From contig CAYOKE010000002.1 of assembly GCA_964404515.1 (NCBI GenBank), forward strand, positions 1-52,198: DNA of 52,198 nt. Reading direction: 5' to 3'. Position 1 is the stretch's first letter, and every line of letters begins with the position of its first letter. Of this stretch, positions 25,564-34,355 are shown one piece after another. The translations under genes were made by a program, and so were the position numbers. This DNA is from an uncultured Gammaproteobacteria bacterium. Lineage in GTDB: Bacteria; Patescibacteriota; Patescibacteriia; Patescibacteriales; UBA12465. The notes under the pieces were generated by a model. The model worked only from the letters and a program-made list of their open reading frames with translations. It did not search any database and was not told the DNA's origin.

Positions 25564-27150
25564 ATGGCAAAAATCAAAAAGCTTAAATTTATCTGGTTTT
25601 TGGGCTTTTTTTTCTATATTTCTTTGTTTGGGCTGCTCTTGAATAACTCTTTCAGCTATCTCGATCCTGATTTTGGATGGCATCTGAGGGTCGGCCAGGA
25701 AATCGCTCAGACCGGTTCTGTCCCGCATGACAATCTTTATAACTATACTTTCACCGGGCATTGGGTCGACCATGAATGGCTAAGTAATTTTCTAGTTTAT
25801 CAAGTCTATTCTCATTTTGGCTATGTGGTCCTTAGCGTCATGTTCGCTTTCCTTATTATCGTTGTTTTGCTGATATTAGCTTCTCGGGCCCGCTTTATGT
25901 TTCCTGACAAGTTTTCTCCCTTTCTCCTGGCTTTTTTACAGCTGGTTGGGGTAGCAGCTTGCCTGCCGCATCTTGGTATCAGGATTCAGGAAGTAGCCTG
26001 GCTATTTTTACTGATCCTGTTAATCGGTCTACATTCCTATAATAAATCAAAGGATTGGCGTTGGCTTGTATTCTTCCCGTTTTGGTTGTATCTTTGGGCA
26101 AATCTCCATGCCAGTTTCTTGATAGGTTTTTTTCTGTTTTTCGCTTTCATAGCCGTCAAATCCTTAGAAAAGTTGATTGCTGGTTTCCGTTGTTCCAATT
26201 GGCTGGACAAGTCCCGGTTTATAGGTTGGAATAACATATGTTTATTAGCAGTTAGCCTCGCCGTATCCTTATTATTCGCCTTCTTTACTCCCTATCGGGG
26301 CGAACTATTCTCTTTTTTGGGCGGTTATGGCAATACGGTCTATTTTTCCTATATCGAAGAATGGCTATCACAATTTTCCTATCCTTTCCTATATCGTCAA
26401 TTGTTTTATTTGGCGATAGTATTCCTGGCCATTCTAGTCTATCTTTATGAAGTTTATCGTCGGCAGAGGAAATTAGATCTCTGGACGTTATGCGTCGTCA
26501 GCCTTTTTTTCCTTCTGGCTTTCAAGTCGCGTCGGCACTTTCCTTTGCTCTTCGTGAGCTCTTTTTTCTTCCTGGTAGAAGTCTATACCCCGTATTTTTA
26601 TATAGAATCAGGCAAACAGCGGCAGAAAAGCACGGTTTGGTTGAACGTCTATTTGCTATTAGCGATCATCCTTTTGACTGTTTCACAATTTTTTCAGATT
26701 CGTTGGATAACTGATCCTTTCACTGGCTTTTGCCGGTCTTTTCCTTGTGGAGCCGTAGAATTTCTCAAATCAAGACCAGATGCCGGGAATATCTTCAACC
26801 ATTATTGCTGGGGAGGATACCTGATTGCCGTCTGGCCGGAAAAAAAGATCTTTATCGATGGTCGTTTGCCGCAAGTCGAATATGCTGGGCATACTTTCAT
26901 AGAGGAATATATGGCTTTTTATAAGGCAGAAGATAGTCCTAAAAAATTAGCGGAATATGATATCAGGATGGTTATCTTGCCTGCTAAAGATTCGAGCTTG
27001 AAGATACATAACTGGGAAAGGCTTATATTTATGATTAGGGAAAAAGAATTGGATAGTGTTAACCCCCTCCGTGGTTATCTGATGTCGGCGCCAGATTGGC
27101 AACGCGTTTATTACGATCCCGTAGCAGCTGTCTTTATAAAGAGAGAATAA
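25564..27150 (+). CDS. polytopic membrane protein, GT-C-like glycosyltransferase (putative)
   Basis: About 12 TM segments, an acidic first-loop motif (YLDPDFGWHLRVG) and a soluble C-terminal domain. Immediately followed by a GT2 gene. Confidence 0.45.
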   Translation: MAKIKKLKFIWFLGFFFYISLFGLLLNNSFSYLDPDFGWHLRVGQEIAQTGSVPHDNLYNYTFTGHWVDHEWLSNFLVYQVYSHFGYVVLSVMFAFLIIVVLLILASRARFMFPDKFSPFLLAFLQLVGVAACLPHLGIRIQEVAWLFLLILLIGLHSYNKSKDWRWLVFFPFWLYLWANLHASFLIGFFLFFAFIAVKSLEKLIAGFRCSNWLDKSRFIGWNNICLLAVSLAVSLLFAFFTPYRGELFSFLGGYGNTVYFSYIEEWLSQFSYPFLYRQLFYLAIVFLAILVYLYEVYRRQRKLDLWTLCVVSLFFLLAFKSRRHFPLLFVSSFFFLVEVYTPYFYIESGKQRQKSTVWLNVYLLLAIILLTVSQFFQIRWITDPFTGFCRSFPCGAVEFLKSRPDAGNIFNHYCWGGYLIAVWPEKKIFIDGRLPQVEYAGHTFIEEYMAFYKAEDSPKKLAEYDIRMVILPAKDSSLKIHNWERLIFMIREKELDSVNPLRGYLMSAPDWQRVYYDPVAAVFIKRE

Positions 27151-27156
27151 TGACTT

Positions 27157-27909
27157 ATGCTAATAGAATTTTGCCTGCCGATAAAAAATGAAGAAAAGAT
27201 ACTGGGCGCTAGCCTGGAAAAGCTGTTGTCTTTCTGCCAGCAAGCCGGTTTTGACTTTGATTGGCGTATCGTTGGCGTAGTGAACGGCTCGACTGATAGC
27301 TCGGCCGCAATTTGCCGGGAGTTTAAGCGCCTTTTCTCGGGCCGGGTAGATTGTTTCGAGGTATCCGAGCCAGGACGCGGACGGGCACTAAAAAAATATT
27401 GGCAAACCAGCCGGGCGGATATCTGCGCCTATATGGATGCAGATTTGGCTGTCGACCTGAGGTTCCTGCGGCCGTTGATCGAGCCGCTTATCAGAAATGA
27501 AGCGGATTTGGCTATCGGTTCCCGGCTTTTGGGCGATTCCCAGACTAAGCGTTCTAGCTGGCGGGAATTAATTTCTCATGGTTACAACCTTTTTATCCGT
27601 TTTCTTCTCCAACAGAAGGTCTCTGACCTGCAATGCGGTTTCAAGGCGATTAGGCGTCCGGCCTTCGAAGCACTGAGCCCGTATTTTTTGCCGCCACACC
27701 GTTTCTACGATTATAATTGGTTCTTCGACACAGAACTTGTAATTTTGTCTGAGAGGCTGGGTTACCGAGTCAAAGAGGTGGCGGTTGATTGGCAGGAGAA
27801 TCGTTTCCAGAAACGGAAGACCAAGGTAAAATTCCTCCACGATATTCGCCTGTTCATGCTTAATGCCTGGGCCCTCAGAAGACATTTGCGGAAGCTGAAA
27901 AAGAGATAG
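27157..27909 (+). CDS. family 2 glycosyltransferase (polyprenyl-phosphate sugar synthase-like, Dpm1/GtrB/ArnC type)
   Basis: Small GT-A with a DXD motif (YMDADLAVD). 250 aa. Confidence 0.7.
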   Translation: MLIEFCLPIKNEEKILGASLEKLLSFCQQAGFDFDWRIVGVVNGSTDSSAAICREFKRLFSGRVDCFEVSEPGRGRALKKYWQTSRADICAYMDADLAVDLRFLRPLIEPLIRNEADLAIGSRLLGDSQTKRSSWRELISHGYNLFIRFLLQQKVSDLQCGFKAIRRPAFEALSPYFLPPHRFYDYNWFFDTELVILSERLGYRVKEVAVDWQENRFQKRKTKVKFLHDIRLFMLNAWALRRHLRKLKKR

Positions 27910-27914
27910 ACGAA

Positions 27915-27950
27915 TCTAAAAATCCCTCCAGAGTAGGAGGGATTTTTAGA
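27915..27950. terminator. bidirectional terminator
   Basis: TCTAAAAATCCCTCC / AGAGTA / GGAGGGATTTTTAGA, a perfect 15-bp hairpin. Confidence 0.85.
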
Positions 27951-27969
27951 TTATGTCTGTTGGGCTTCT

Positions 27970-28353
27970 TTATGGCAGGTATTTTTTCCTGGCCAGTTCT
28001 TCTTCCCGCTGCTTTTTTTGGGTCGGGATTGCTTTCAAGCTCCTAAGGATGGTGATTAACCAGGCAATCATGATTATGACCCAGAGGCCTAGCCAGAAAC
28101 GGGCAGAGAAAAAAGGCACTAATTCATAGTTGAAGAAGAGCAAGATTAGGCCGATTAGGGCGTTAGACAAGGAAAAAGTATAAAGGCGGTTCAGGAAACC
28201 GCGATAAATCCCGCCCTTCCTCTTGATTAGGGCGATAACCACGGCTAAGGCAGCCAGGAAGATGATAAAAGCGATGAACAGCTTTTGAGCCAGAGGAATC
28301 AGCGATTCTGGCCGTAGGCTGAACCAATAGCTGAGAGTTAAGAGGTTTTTCAT
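27970..28353 (-). CDS. small membrane protein (4 predicted TM), unknown function
   Basis: Hydrophobic segments, basic C-terminal tail. Confidence 0.6.
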   Translation of the reverse strand: MKNLLTLSYWFSLRPESLIPLAQKLFIAFIIFLAALAVVIALIKRKGGIYRGFLNRLYTFSLSNALIGLILLFFNYELVPFFSARFWLGLWVIIMIAWLITILRSLKAIPTQKKQREEELARKKYLP

Positions 28354-28358
28354 AGTTT

Positions 28359-28910
28359 TTATAGTTTCGTAAGAATTAATCCGTAGTGATATGGTCCGGC
28401 GTCGAATTCCTCAAGGATGCCTAGCCCGACTTTAGGAGCGGCACTCTTCAAGGCTTCTGTCTTGACGCGCTTCTCCGGTTGCGGCCCCAAGGGGGAATCT
28501 ATATTCTTCCATTCTACTATCAGCAGGCGGCCGCCTCTTTTGAGTAGCCGGATCGCTTCCCTCAAAATCTCGATCTTCTTATCCGATTGGTGCAGGACAT
28601 TTACTAATAAAGCGCCATCCAAGCTACTAGTCTCTATCTTAGCGCCCTTGAAGATTTCTAAATTGCTCCAAACGGTTTCAATCTGTGGCAAATTTTCTTT
28701 CTTAGCCCTAGCTTTTATCTCCTCCAGCGTCGGCTTCAGGATATCAACAGCAAAGACTTTTCCTTGGCGTCCGACCAGGCGGGCCAAGGGGAAGACAAAG
28801 AAGCCGAAATTGCCACAGCCCAGTTCTGCCAGATGTTGTTTTTCTGATACCATTATTTTACGCAAAATGGAATCGATGTCAAATAAGACAGTCTTTTTTA
28901 TCTCTAACAT
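28359..28910 (-). CDS. class I SAM-dependent methyltransferase
   Basis: Motif I LAELGCGNFGF and post-I acidic residue. 183 aa. Confidence 0.75.
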   Translation of the reverse strand: MLEIKKTVLFDIDSILRKIMVSEKQHLAELGCGNFGFFVFPLARLVGRQGKVFAVDILKPTLEEIKARAKKENLPQIETVWSNLEIFKGAKIETSSLDGALLVNVLHQSDKKIEILREAIRLLKRGGRLLIVEWKNIDSPLGPQPEKRVKTEALKSAAPKVGLGILEEFDAGPYHYGLILTKL

Positions 28911-28920
28911 ATATTTTTAT

Positions 28921-29583
28921 TTAATCTTCGACTAAAATTTGCCTGGTAACTGAATTTTCCCGGCTATATTTTTTCTTAGCTGTGATGGTCATCTCGTTTA
29001 ATCCTTTCTTCAGATTGATGGTCTGGGAAAAAGAACCTCCATGATTGTTTAGGACAATTTCGCCATTGATTCTGACCTCAGCCTCTTTTTCCGTTTGGCC
29101 GTTGACCGTTAGGGCAGTTACCTTAGTCACGAGGTTCTTATCAGGTTGCAGTATCTCTAGGTAGGGCGGAGTGGTTATCTGGCGGAAATAGAAGCTCAAG
29201 TAAAGGAAGCAGGTTATCACCGCCATCGCGATCAAAGCATTCCTGATGATTCGCGGGAAGATTATGAATCTGCTCTTTTTGACGATCTTTTGCGAGAAAG
29301 GATCCTGTTTCGAGCTGTCATCTGTTAATGGTAGGAAATTTCTCAGCAGCTCGCGTGGTGGTAGACCTAAGAAGGAAGCATATTCGGTTAGGAATTTTTT
29401 CCCGTATAATCCGGCCGGCAATCTCTCTAAGTCCTCTTCTTCTAGGGCAATTAAATAATCGGTCCGAATACCAATTTTTCTAGAGACATCATCAATCTTC
29501 AAACCTTTGGTTAGCCTGGCTTGGCGCAGCCTTTCGCCGCTGTTTTCCTCTTGGTATAGCTTTTTAGGAGTAAAGGTGATCAT
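28921..29583 (-). CDS. RodZ-like HTH domain membrane protein
   Basis: N-terminal HTH (GERLRQARLTKGLKIDDVSRKIGIRTDYLIALEE), a single TM, and a C-terminal beta-rich domain. Confidence 0.7.
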   Translation of the reverse strand: MITFTPKKLYQEENSGERLRQARLTKGLKIDDVSRKIGIRTDYLIALEEEDLERLPAGLYGKKFLTEYASFLGLPPRELLRNFLPLTDDSSKQDPFSQKIVKKSRFIIFPRIIRNALIAMAVITCFLYLSFYFRQITTPPYLEILQPDKNLVTKVTALTVNGQTEKEAEVRINGEIVLNNHGGSFSQTINLKKGLNEMTITAKKKYSRENSVTRQILVED

Positions 29584-29603
29584 GGTGGAACCGCTAGTTG
29601 GTT

Positions 29604-30026
29604 CTATTTTTCTTCTACTAGCCCCTGGGTGGTGAGGTCCATCTTTTTTCCGTTCCAGTCGATGCCCATGCTTTTCAAGACAAATTTGATGATTAGGAAG
29701 CTGGAAAAGACGATTACTAGGCCGACAACCGCAGCAATCAGTATCTTTTTAGCCTTGTCGATGCTCTGGCTATTGCCGGCTGATATCAAAAACATCAGAC
29801 CGCCGTAGACGAACATCAGGAGGGATAAGGAGCCGACGACTCCTAACACCCAGTTCGAGGCTCTGATGGCTAGGATGGTGAAATCATCAAGGACATAGTT
29901 ACCTTCCTGATAGGCGCTATCAGTTGTGTCGACAATCGAGTTTTGCACTTGAGCGTGCGATAGCGGCAGTCCGATAGTCAGGGTTAGGCCAACAAGGAAA
30001 GAAGTAATGATTATTTTTTTAGTCAT
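29604..30026 (-). CDS. VirB2/TrbC-like pilin-family protein, divergent paralog 8
   Basis: Signal peptide (..PLSHAQ), TM, loop LMFLISAGNSQSIDKA, TM, and a longer C-terminal tail. Confidence 0.65.
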   Translation of the reverse strand: MTKKIIITSFLVGLTLTIGLPLSHAQVQNSIVDTTDSAYQEGNYVLDDFTILAIRASNWVLGVVGSLSLLMFVYGGLMFLISAGNSQSIDKAKKILIAAVVGLVIVFSSFLIIKFVLKSMGIDWNGKKMDLTTQGLVEEK

Positions 30027-30033
30027 AAGATGA

Positions 30034-31404
30034 TTAATTAATTGTCTGTTGGACTTTTGAGGCGGCCTGGTTGATTATATTTTGCAGGCGTTCGCCGGTA
30101 TTTTCGACTACCGCGTCAATCATCTCCTTAATCGCTTCTTCGGCGGCGGCAACGTTCTTACCCTTATACCAGCTTTTGGCTGTCAAGACTTGGCTGGCAA
30201 AAACACTTAACTCGTCATTATTTCTACTGCCGTTTACTAGGGAACGCAGGGCTGGTGGGCGCTTGGTCTTCTCCAGATAGGTCCTAGCTTGTTCTTCTTT
30301 GGTAATGAATTGGATGAAGTCCCAAGCTTCGTTCGTATGGGCACTTTTTTTAGAGACAACCTCTACCCAGTAATTGGCGAAATTAACTGGCGGGTTTCCC
30401 TCGATTTGCGGGAGAGTGGCAACGGAGAAGTTGAGTTTTGGTGCTTGGGCCTTGATAGTCGGGAGGTCATAGGAATAGCTGAGCATCATTGCTAAGTTAC
30501 CGCTGATAAACATGCTGAGCGAGTCAGGCAGTTCGCTATTCCAGGAATAGGCTTCAGTCGTCGGGTTGGTGAAATCAGTATAGAAGATCAAGGCTTGCAG
30601 GCCGGGGTTATAATTGGTGTTTCGGTTGTTCTCCGGCACAGCATTGAAAGCTACCCGGTTGCCTTCAAACATGACGGCACCGTTCTGCATCATGAGGACC
30701 GAAAGTATGTCGCTGAAACGATTGACGTTGCTGCTCCCGCCTAAGGCCACGCCGGACTGGATGATACCCTTTTTCGAGTCCTGTTTGGTCATTTTTTTGA
30801 CGGCCTGGAAGAAATCTGCGTTCCAATATTTCGGTACTTGGCTGATGCCGGCGTTATTGAACAGGTCTTTATTATAAAAAAGCGCCAGGGTATCAACGGA
30901 TAGGGGTAGGCCATAGACTTGGTTATTGTCTAAGATGACATCATAACCGACAACGTCGACAAAATTATCCCTTATTTCTTTGAGCGATAAGCTGTTAGTC
31001 GTCCGGAGCTGGTTGACCACCTGTTTCTTTACCGTTCCGGTCGTCACTGGGTATACCATAGTGATGGTTGCCGGCATAGGTGTTAGCTTGGATTGGTATT
31101 TCTTTAGCCAGGTATTGTGGATTGAGAAAATATCCGGGCCACGATCTTCCGCCAAGGCATTGAGCAACTCTTTTTCGTATTCGTCATAACGCAGTTTCCG
31201 GTAGTCAATCTTGACATACGGGTGCAGGGCTTGGTATTTCGTAATTATTTCTTGGAAAGAGTCAGAATCATCGAAGACTCGCCAGTAGGTCAAGGTAACC
31301 GGCTTCATAGCTTCTTCGGTCGCTTTATTGGTGAGCTTGCAGCCAAAGCCTGCGGTTAAGACAAAAACGGCCAGTAAGGATAAGATCGTTATTTTTTTGA
31401 GCAT
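30034..31404 (-). CDS. extracellular solute-binding protein, family 1 (sugar-type), probable lipoprotein
   Basis: N-terminal LTAGFGC lipobox-like motif. SBP_bac_1-like sequence. No transporter partners adjacent. Confidence 0.75.
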   Translation of the reverse strand: MLKKITILSLLAVFVLTAGFGCKLTNKATEEAMKPVTLTYWRVFDDSDSFQEIITKYQALHPYVKIDYRKLRYDEYEKELLNALAEDRGPDIFSIHNTWLKKYQSKLTPMPATITMVYPVTTGTVKKQVVNQLRTTNSLSLKEIRDNFVDVVGYDVILDNNQVYGLPLSVDTLALFYNKDLFNNAGISQVPKYWNADFFQAVKKMTKQDSKKGIIQSGVALGGSSNVNRFSDILSVLMMQNGAVMFEGNRVAFNAVPENNRNTNYNPGLQALIFYTDFTNPTTEAYSWNSELPDSLSMFISGNLAMMLSYSYDLPTIKAQAPKLNFSVATLPQIEGNPPVNFANYWVEVVSKKSAHTNEAWDFIQFITKEEQARTYLEKTKRPPALRSLVNGSRNNDELSVFASQVLTAKSWYKGKNVAAAEEAIKEMIDAVVENTGERLQNIINQAASKVQQTIN

Positions 31405-31539
31405 ATTTTTATTTTTTATTTCCGCTTTTATTATAACAAAAATAACTTGATTATTCCAATTTTCCCTCGGGTTTGCCAGAGACGGATAAAGACCGCTCGG
31501 AAGCGGTCTTTATCGTGTTTTTGGCAGTCTGGAAATAGC

Positions 31540-34278
31540 TTATTTCTTTATATCTTCCAGCTTGACGCTTAGCAGTTTGCTGACGCCATCTGATTCCATT
31601 GTTACGCCGTAGAGGACGCTGGCCCGACGCATGGAGGCGCGGTTGTGGGTGATGACGATGAATTGTGTTTTATTAGACAAATCATCTAATATCTTGGCCA
31701 AACGTTCCGAGTTAGCTTCGTCCAGGGCAGCATCAACTTCATCCAAGACTACGAAGGGAGAGGGGTTAGCGCTGATGATGGCGCAGATTAGCGCGATAGC
31801 CGTTAAGGCGCGTTCACCGCCAGAGAGCATAGAAACGGCCTGGATCTTCTTGCCTGGAGGCGTTGCTTGGATATCGATGCCGGCTAGGCCGACGGCATTA
31901 TGTTTCTTGAGGAAGCGCAGGCGTTTCAGCTTTTCATCGGTTTCATTCTTAGCCTCTGTTTCTGCCGCCGTCAGGCCGCCAATCGGTTGGTTTTCTGCTG
32001 CCGGAGCGGCTGTTTTCCCCTGGTTAGCCGCCGCTTCTTTTTCCAGGTCCTCGATCATGACCTTGGAGATCTTGGCCTGCCCGCCGTTGAAAAGGATCTT
32101 GAAGTAATCGTTGAATTTTTCGGATATGACCTTGAATTCCTGGTCGAAACGACTTTTAATATTCACATCCAGCTCATAGATTATTTTTTCCAGTGATTCG
32201 ATTGCCTGGCTGAGGTCAGCGGTCTGCTGGCTCAGGAAGTCGTATCGTTCTTTGGTTTCGCGATATTCTTTTTCTGTTTCCGGGTCGATGCCACCAATCA
32301 GCTCCAATTGGTTCTTATACTCCCCGATTTTATTGCTGAGACGCTCTAGATCAATCATCTCCTCGGTTAGTTGGTGCTTTTGAATAGCAGTTATTTCCAA
32401 CCCATCGTTGCGGATATTGGCTTCTAGGTCTTCTAATTTGGTTTCCTGGCGCGTAGATTGGACCTTGAGTTCGTTCAATTCATCATTCAGACCGTTAAGC
32501 TCTTGCTGCAAGTCTTGTAGATGTCGCTGGTAATCGAAAATTAAGGATTTCTCTTGGTCTTTAGCAGCATTAAATTTATCCAGCTCGGCAGTCAGGTTCC
32601 GGATTTGTGAATTTATTGTCTCAAGCTTCTTTTCTAACTCATGCTTTTCCGCTTGGGTCTTGGCCGTCTCGGCTGGCGCTGATTTTTTCCTAATTTGTCC
32701 CCGGATATTATCTAGACTCTGTTGTGAACGCCCTTCCTGGTCCTTTAAGATACGTAGGCGTTCTTCATACAAGGAAATTTTATGACGCTCTTCGCTTAAT
32801 TTTGTAGAAATTTCCTGCTTTTTTTCATTCAAGCTGATAATTTCATCTTGGATTTCTTTGATTGCCTGGAATTTTTCCAGGTTATCTTCAGCCAGGAAAC
32901 CCTTGATCTTTTTCTTAAAATCTTCTTTCGCCGCTTGCAGCTGTTCTTTTAAGTCGGCCAAGTCTTCTCGGCTGGCGATTTCTTCCAGGCGCTCCAGGAA
33001 TTCGGTGATAAGCCGGTTTATCTCATTCCGGTTCTGTCGCGGCTCTTGCCCGGAAGGCAGTTCCTGGCTAGCTGCCCGGAGCTTGTCGTTAGCTGTTTTT
33101 AGTTCCTTGTTCAAGCGTTCTAAGCTTTCTGCTAGCATTCTCTCTCCTTCTCGGTTGCGATTCTTTTCTAAGGCGCCTATTTCCAAGATAATCTTCTCAT
33201 GCTCCGCCTCCAATTCGCTCGCCTTGCTGTTCAGCCAGGAAAGGTCGAATTGGCCTTGAGATTCTAGGCCAATCTCTAGCTCCGCTTGGATCTTGGCTAG
33301 CTGTTTCTGGAGCAGATTCTTAGCATTATTTAATTCCTGGAGTTTGGGTTGTAGGTCGCTTATTTCTCGATTGTTATCGGTCGCCCTTATTTTATTGAGC
33401 TCTTCGTTCAGCTTGGCAAATTTTTTTTCGCGGTCTAGTTTCACCTTTTCCCGTTCCAAATAGCGCTTGTTATATTCTTCCAGTTTGGCGTCGATACTTT
33501 GCCAGATTTCATGGTAGTAGTCGAGCTGGCTAGTTTTTAAATTGGTTTCGATCTGACTGCGTTTGTTAAGTTTTTCCACTTGTCGCGTCAAGCTCCTGAG
33601 CCGGGGTTTAATCTCAAGGAGCAGCATATCGACCTGTTGCAAGTTTTCATAGCTCGATTCTAGCTTATTCAAGGCGGCATCGCGTTTGATCTGGAATTGC
33701 TTGACGCCGGTTGCCTCGTCGAAAAAATCTTTCCGTTCGGCCGTCGAGGTGTTCAAGAAATTCTCGACCAAGCCTTGGCCGATAACGCTATATGTCTTTT
33801 GGCCGAAATTGGCTTTGGCTAAGAGCATCTGGATGTCAGCCAGCCGGACTCGGCTGTTATTGAGCAGGTATTCGCTTTCGCCGCTCCGGAAGATGCGGCG
33901 CGTGATATCTATTTCCGGACAATTCAGGATTATCTTTTCCAGGTCGCTTTCGTTTTCGATGGTTTCCGGCATCCTACCCTTATTCTTGCTGGCTTCTGCA
34001 TTATTGAGATGCAGAGAAACCTCAGCCATGCCTAATTGTCCCTTTTGGTCGGAACCGGAAAAGATGACATCTTCGCTCTTTTTGCCGCGCAGGGTTTTTA
34101 GGCTCTGTTCTCCGAGCGCCCAGCGGACGGAATCGGCGACATTGGACTTCCCGGAGCCGTTTGGACCGACGATGGCAGTCAGTCCGCGCTTTTGGCCATC
34201 GATCAGGCCGGGGAAGACGAGCTTATTCTTATTGGCGAACGACTTGAAACCTTTGATTTCCAGCTTTTCTAGATACAT
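31540..34278 (-). CDS. smc: SMC-family chromosome segregation ATPase, short form without recognisable hinge
   Basis: N-head LEIKGFKSF + GPNGSGKSN. C-head LSGGERALTAIAL + VLDEVDAALD. The middle ~550 aa is continuous charged heptad-like sequence. Confidence 0.85.
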   Translation of the reverse strand: MYLEKLEIKGFKSFANKNKLVFPGLIDGQKRGLTAIVGPNGSGKSNVADSVRWALGEQSLKTLRGKKSEDVIFSGSDQKGQLGMAEVSLHLNNAEASKNKGRMPETIENESDLEKIILNCPEIDITRRIFRSGESEYLLNNSRVRLADIQMLLAKANFGQKTYSVIGQGLVENFLNTSTAERKDFFDEATGVKQFQIKRDAALNKLESSYENLQQVDMLLLEIKPRLRSLTRQVEKLNKRSQIETNLKTSQLDYYHEIWQSIDAKLEEYNKRYLEREKVKLDREKKFAKLNEELNKIRATDNNREISDLQPKLQELNNAKNLLQKQLAKIQAELEIGLESQGQFDLSWLNSKASELEAEHEKIILEIGALEKNRNREGERMLAESLERLNKELKTANDKLRAASQELPSGQEPRQNRNEINRLITEFLERLEEIASREDLADLKEQLQAAKEDFKKKIKGFLAEDNLEKFQAIKEIQDEIISLNEKKQEISTKLSEERHKISLYEERLRILKDQEGRSQQSLDNIRGQIRKKSAPAETAKTQAEKHELEKKLETINSQIRNLTAELDKFNAAKDQEKSLIFDYQRHLQDLQQELNGLNDELNELKVQSTRQETKLEDLEANIRNDGLEITAIQKHQLTEEMIDLERLSNKIGEYKNQLELIGGIDPETEKEYRETKERYDFLSQQTADLSQAIESLEKIIYELDVNIKSRFDQEFKVISEKFNDYFKILFNGGQAKISKVMIEDLEKEAAANQGKTAAPAAENQPIGGLTAAETEAKNETDEKLKRLRFLKKHNAVGLAGIDIQATPPGKKIQAVSMLSGGERALTAIALICAIISANPSPFVVLDEVDAALDEANSERLAKILDDLSNKTQFIVITHNRASMRRASVLYGVTMESDGVSKLLSVKLEDIKK

Positions 34279-34355
34279 AGGGCCGCTATTTGATTTAAAT
34301 GGTTTGATATATAATAATATAATAAAGGTTTATTTTTAAAAAGACAACTAAAATT

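Larger units (their letters stand above)
24395..25669. repeat. tandem direct duplication (unit A 24395-25019, unit B 25020-25669)
   Basis: Both units start with GGCGATGAGAGTCACT. Each contains a pilin gene, an identical ~105-nt upstream region and the first ~105 nt of the GT-C-like gene. Differences are a few substitutions, a ~27-nt indel and a 7T/8T run. Confidence 0.9.

Noticed and set aside
20520-31404. Calling the locus a type IV secretion or conjugation system.
   Set aside because: Only pilin-like subunits and a wall hydrolase are present. No VirB4/VirB11/VirD4 ATPases, VirB6/8/9/10 scaffold, relaxase or oriT-like features are seen in 52 kb. The claim is limited to a VirB2-like protein family.
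687-34339. Many 60-217 aa ORFs antisense to or nested within long genes. Examples: 687..887, 808..996, 4381..4800, 4809..5178, 19877..20389, 28417..28935, 31631..32196, 32858..33259, 33686..34339, 37127..37504.
   Set aside because: Each lies entirely inside a well-supported gene on the opposite strand (infC, rnj, ppsA, the methyltransferase, smc and others). Their translations are low-complexity, Ser/Arg/Leu-rich mirror products with no motifs. I treat them as shadow ORFs.
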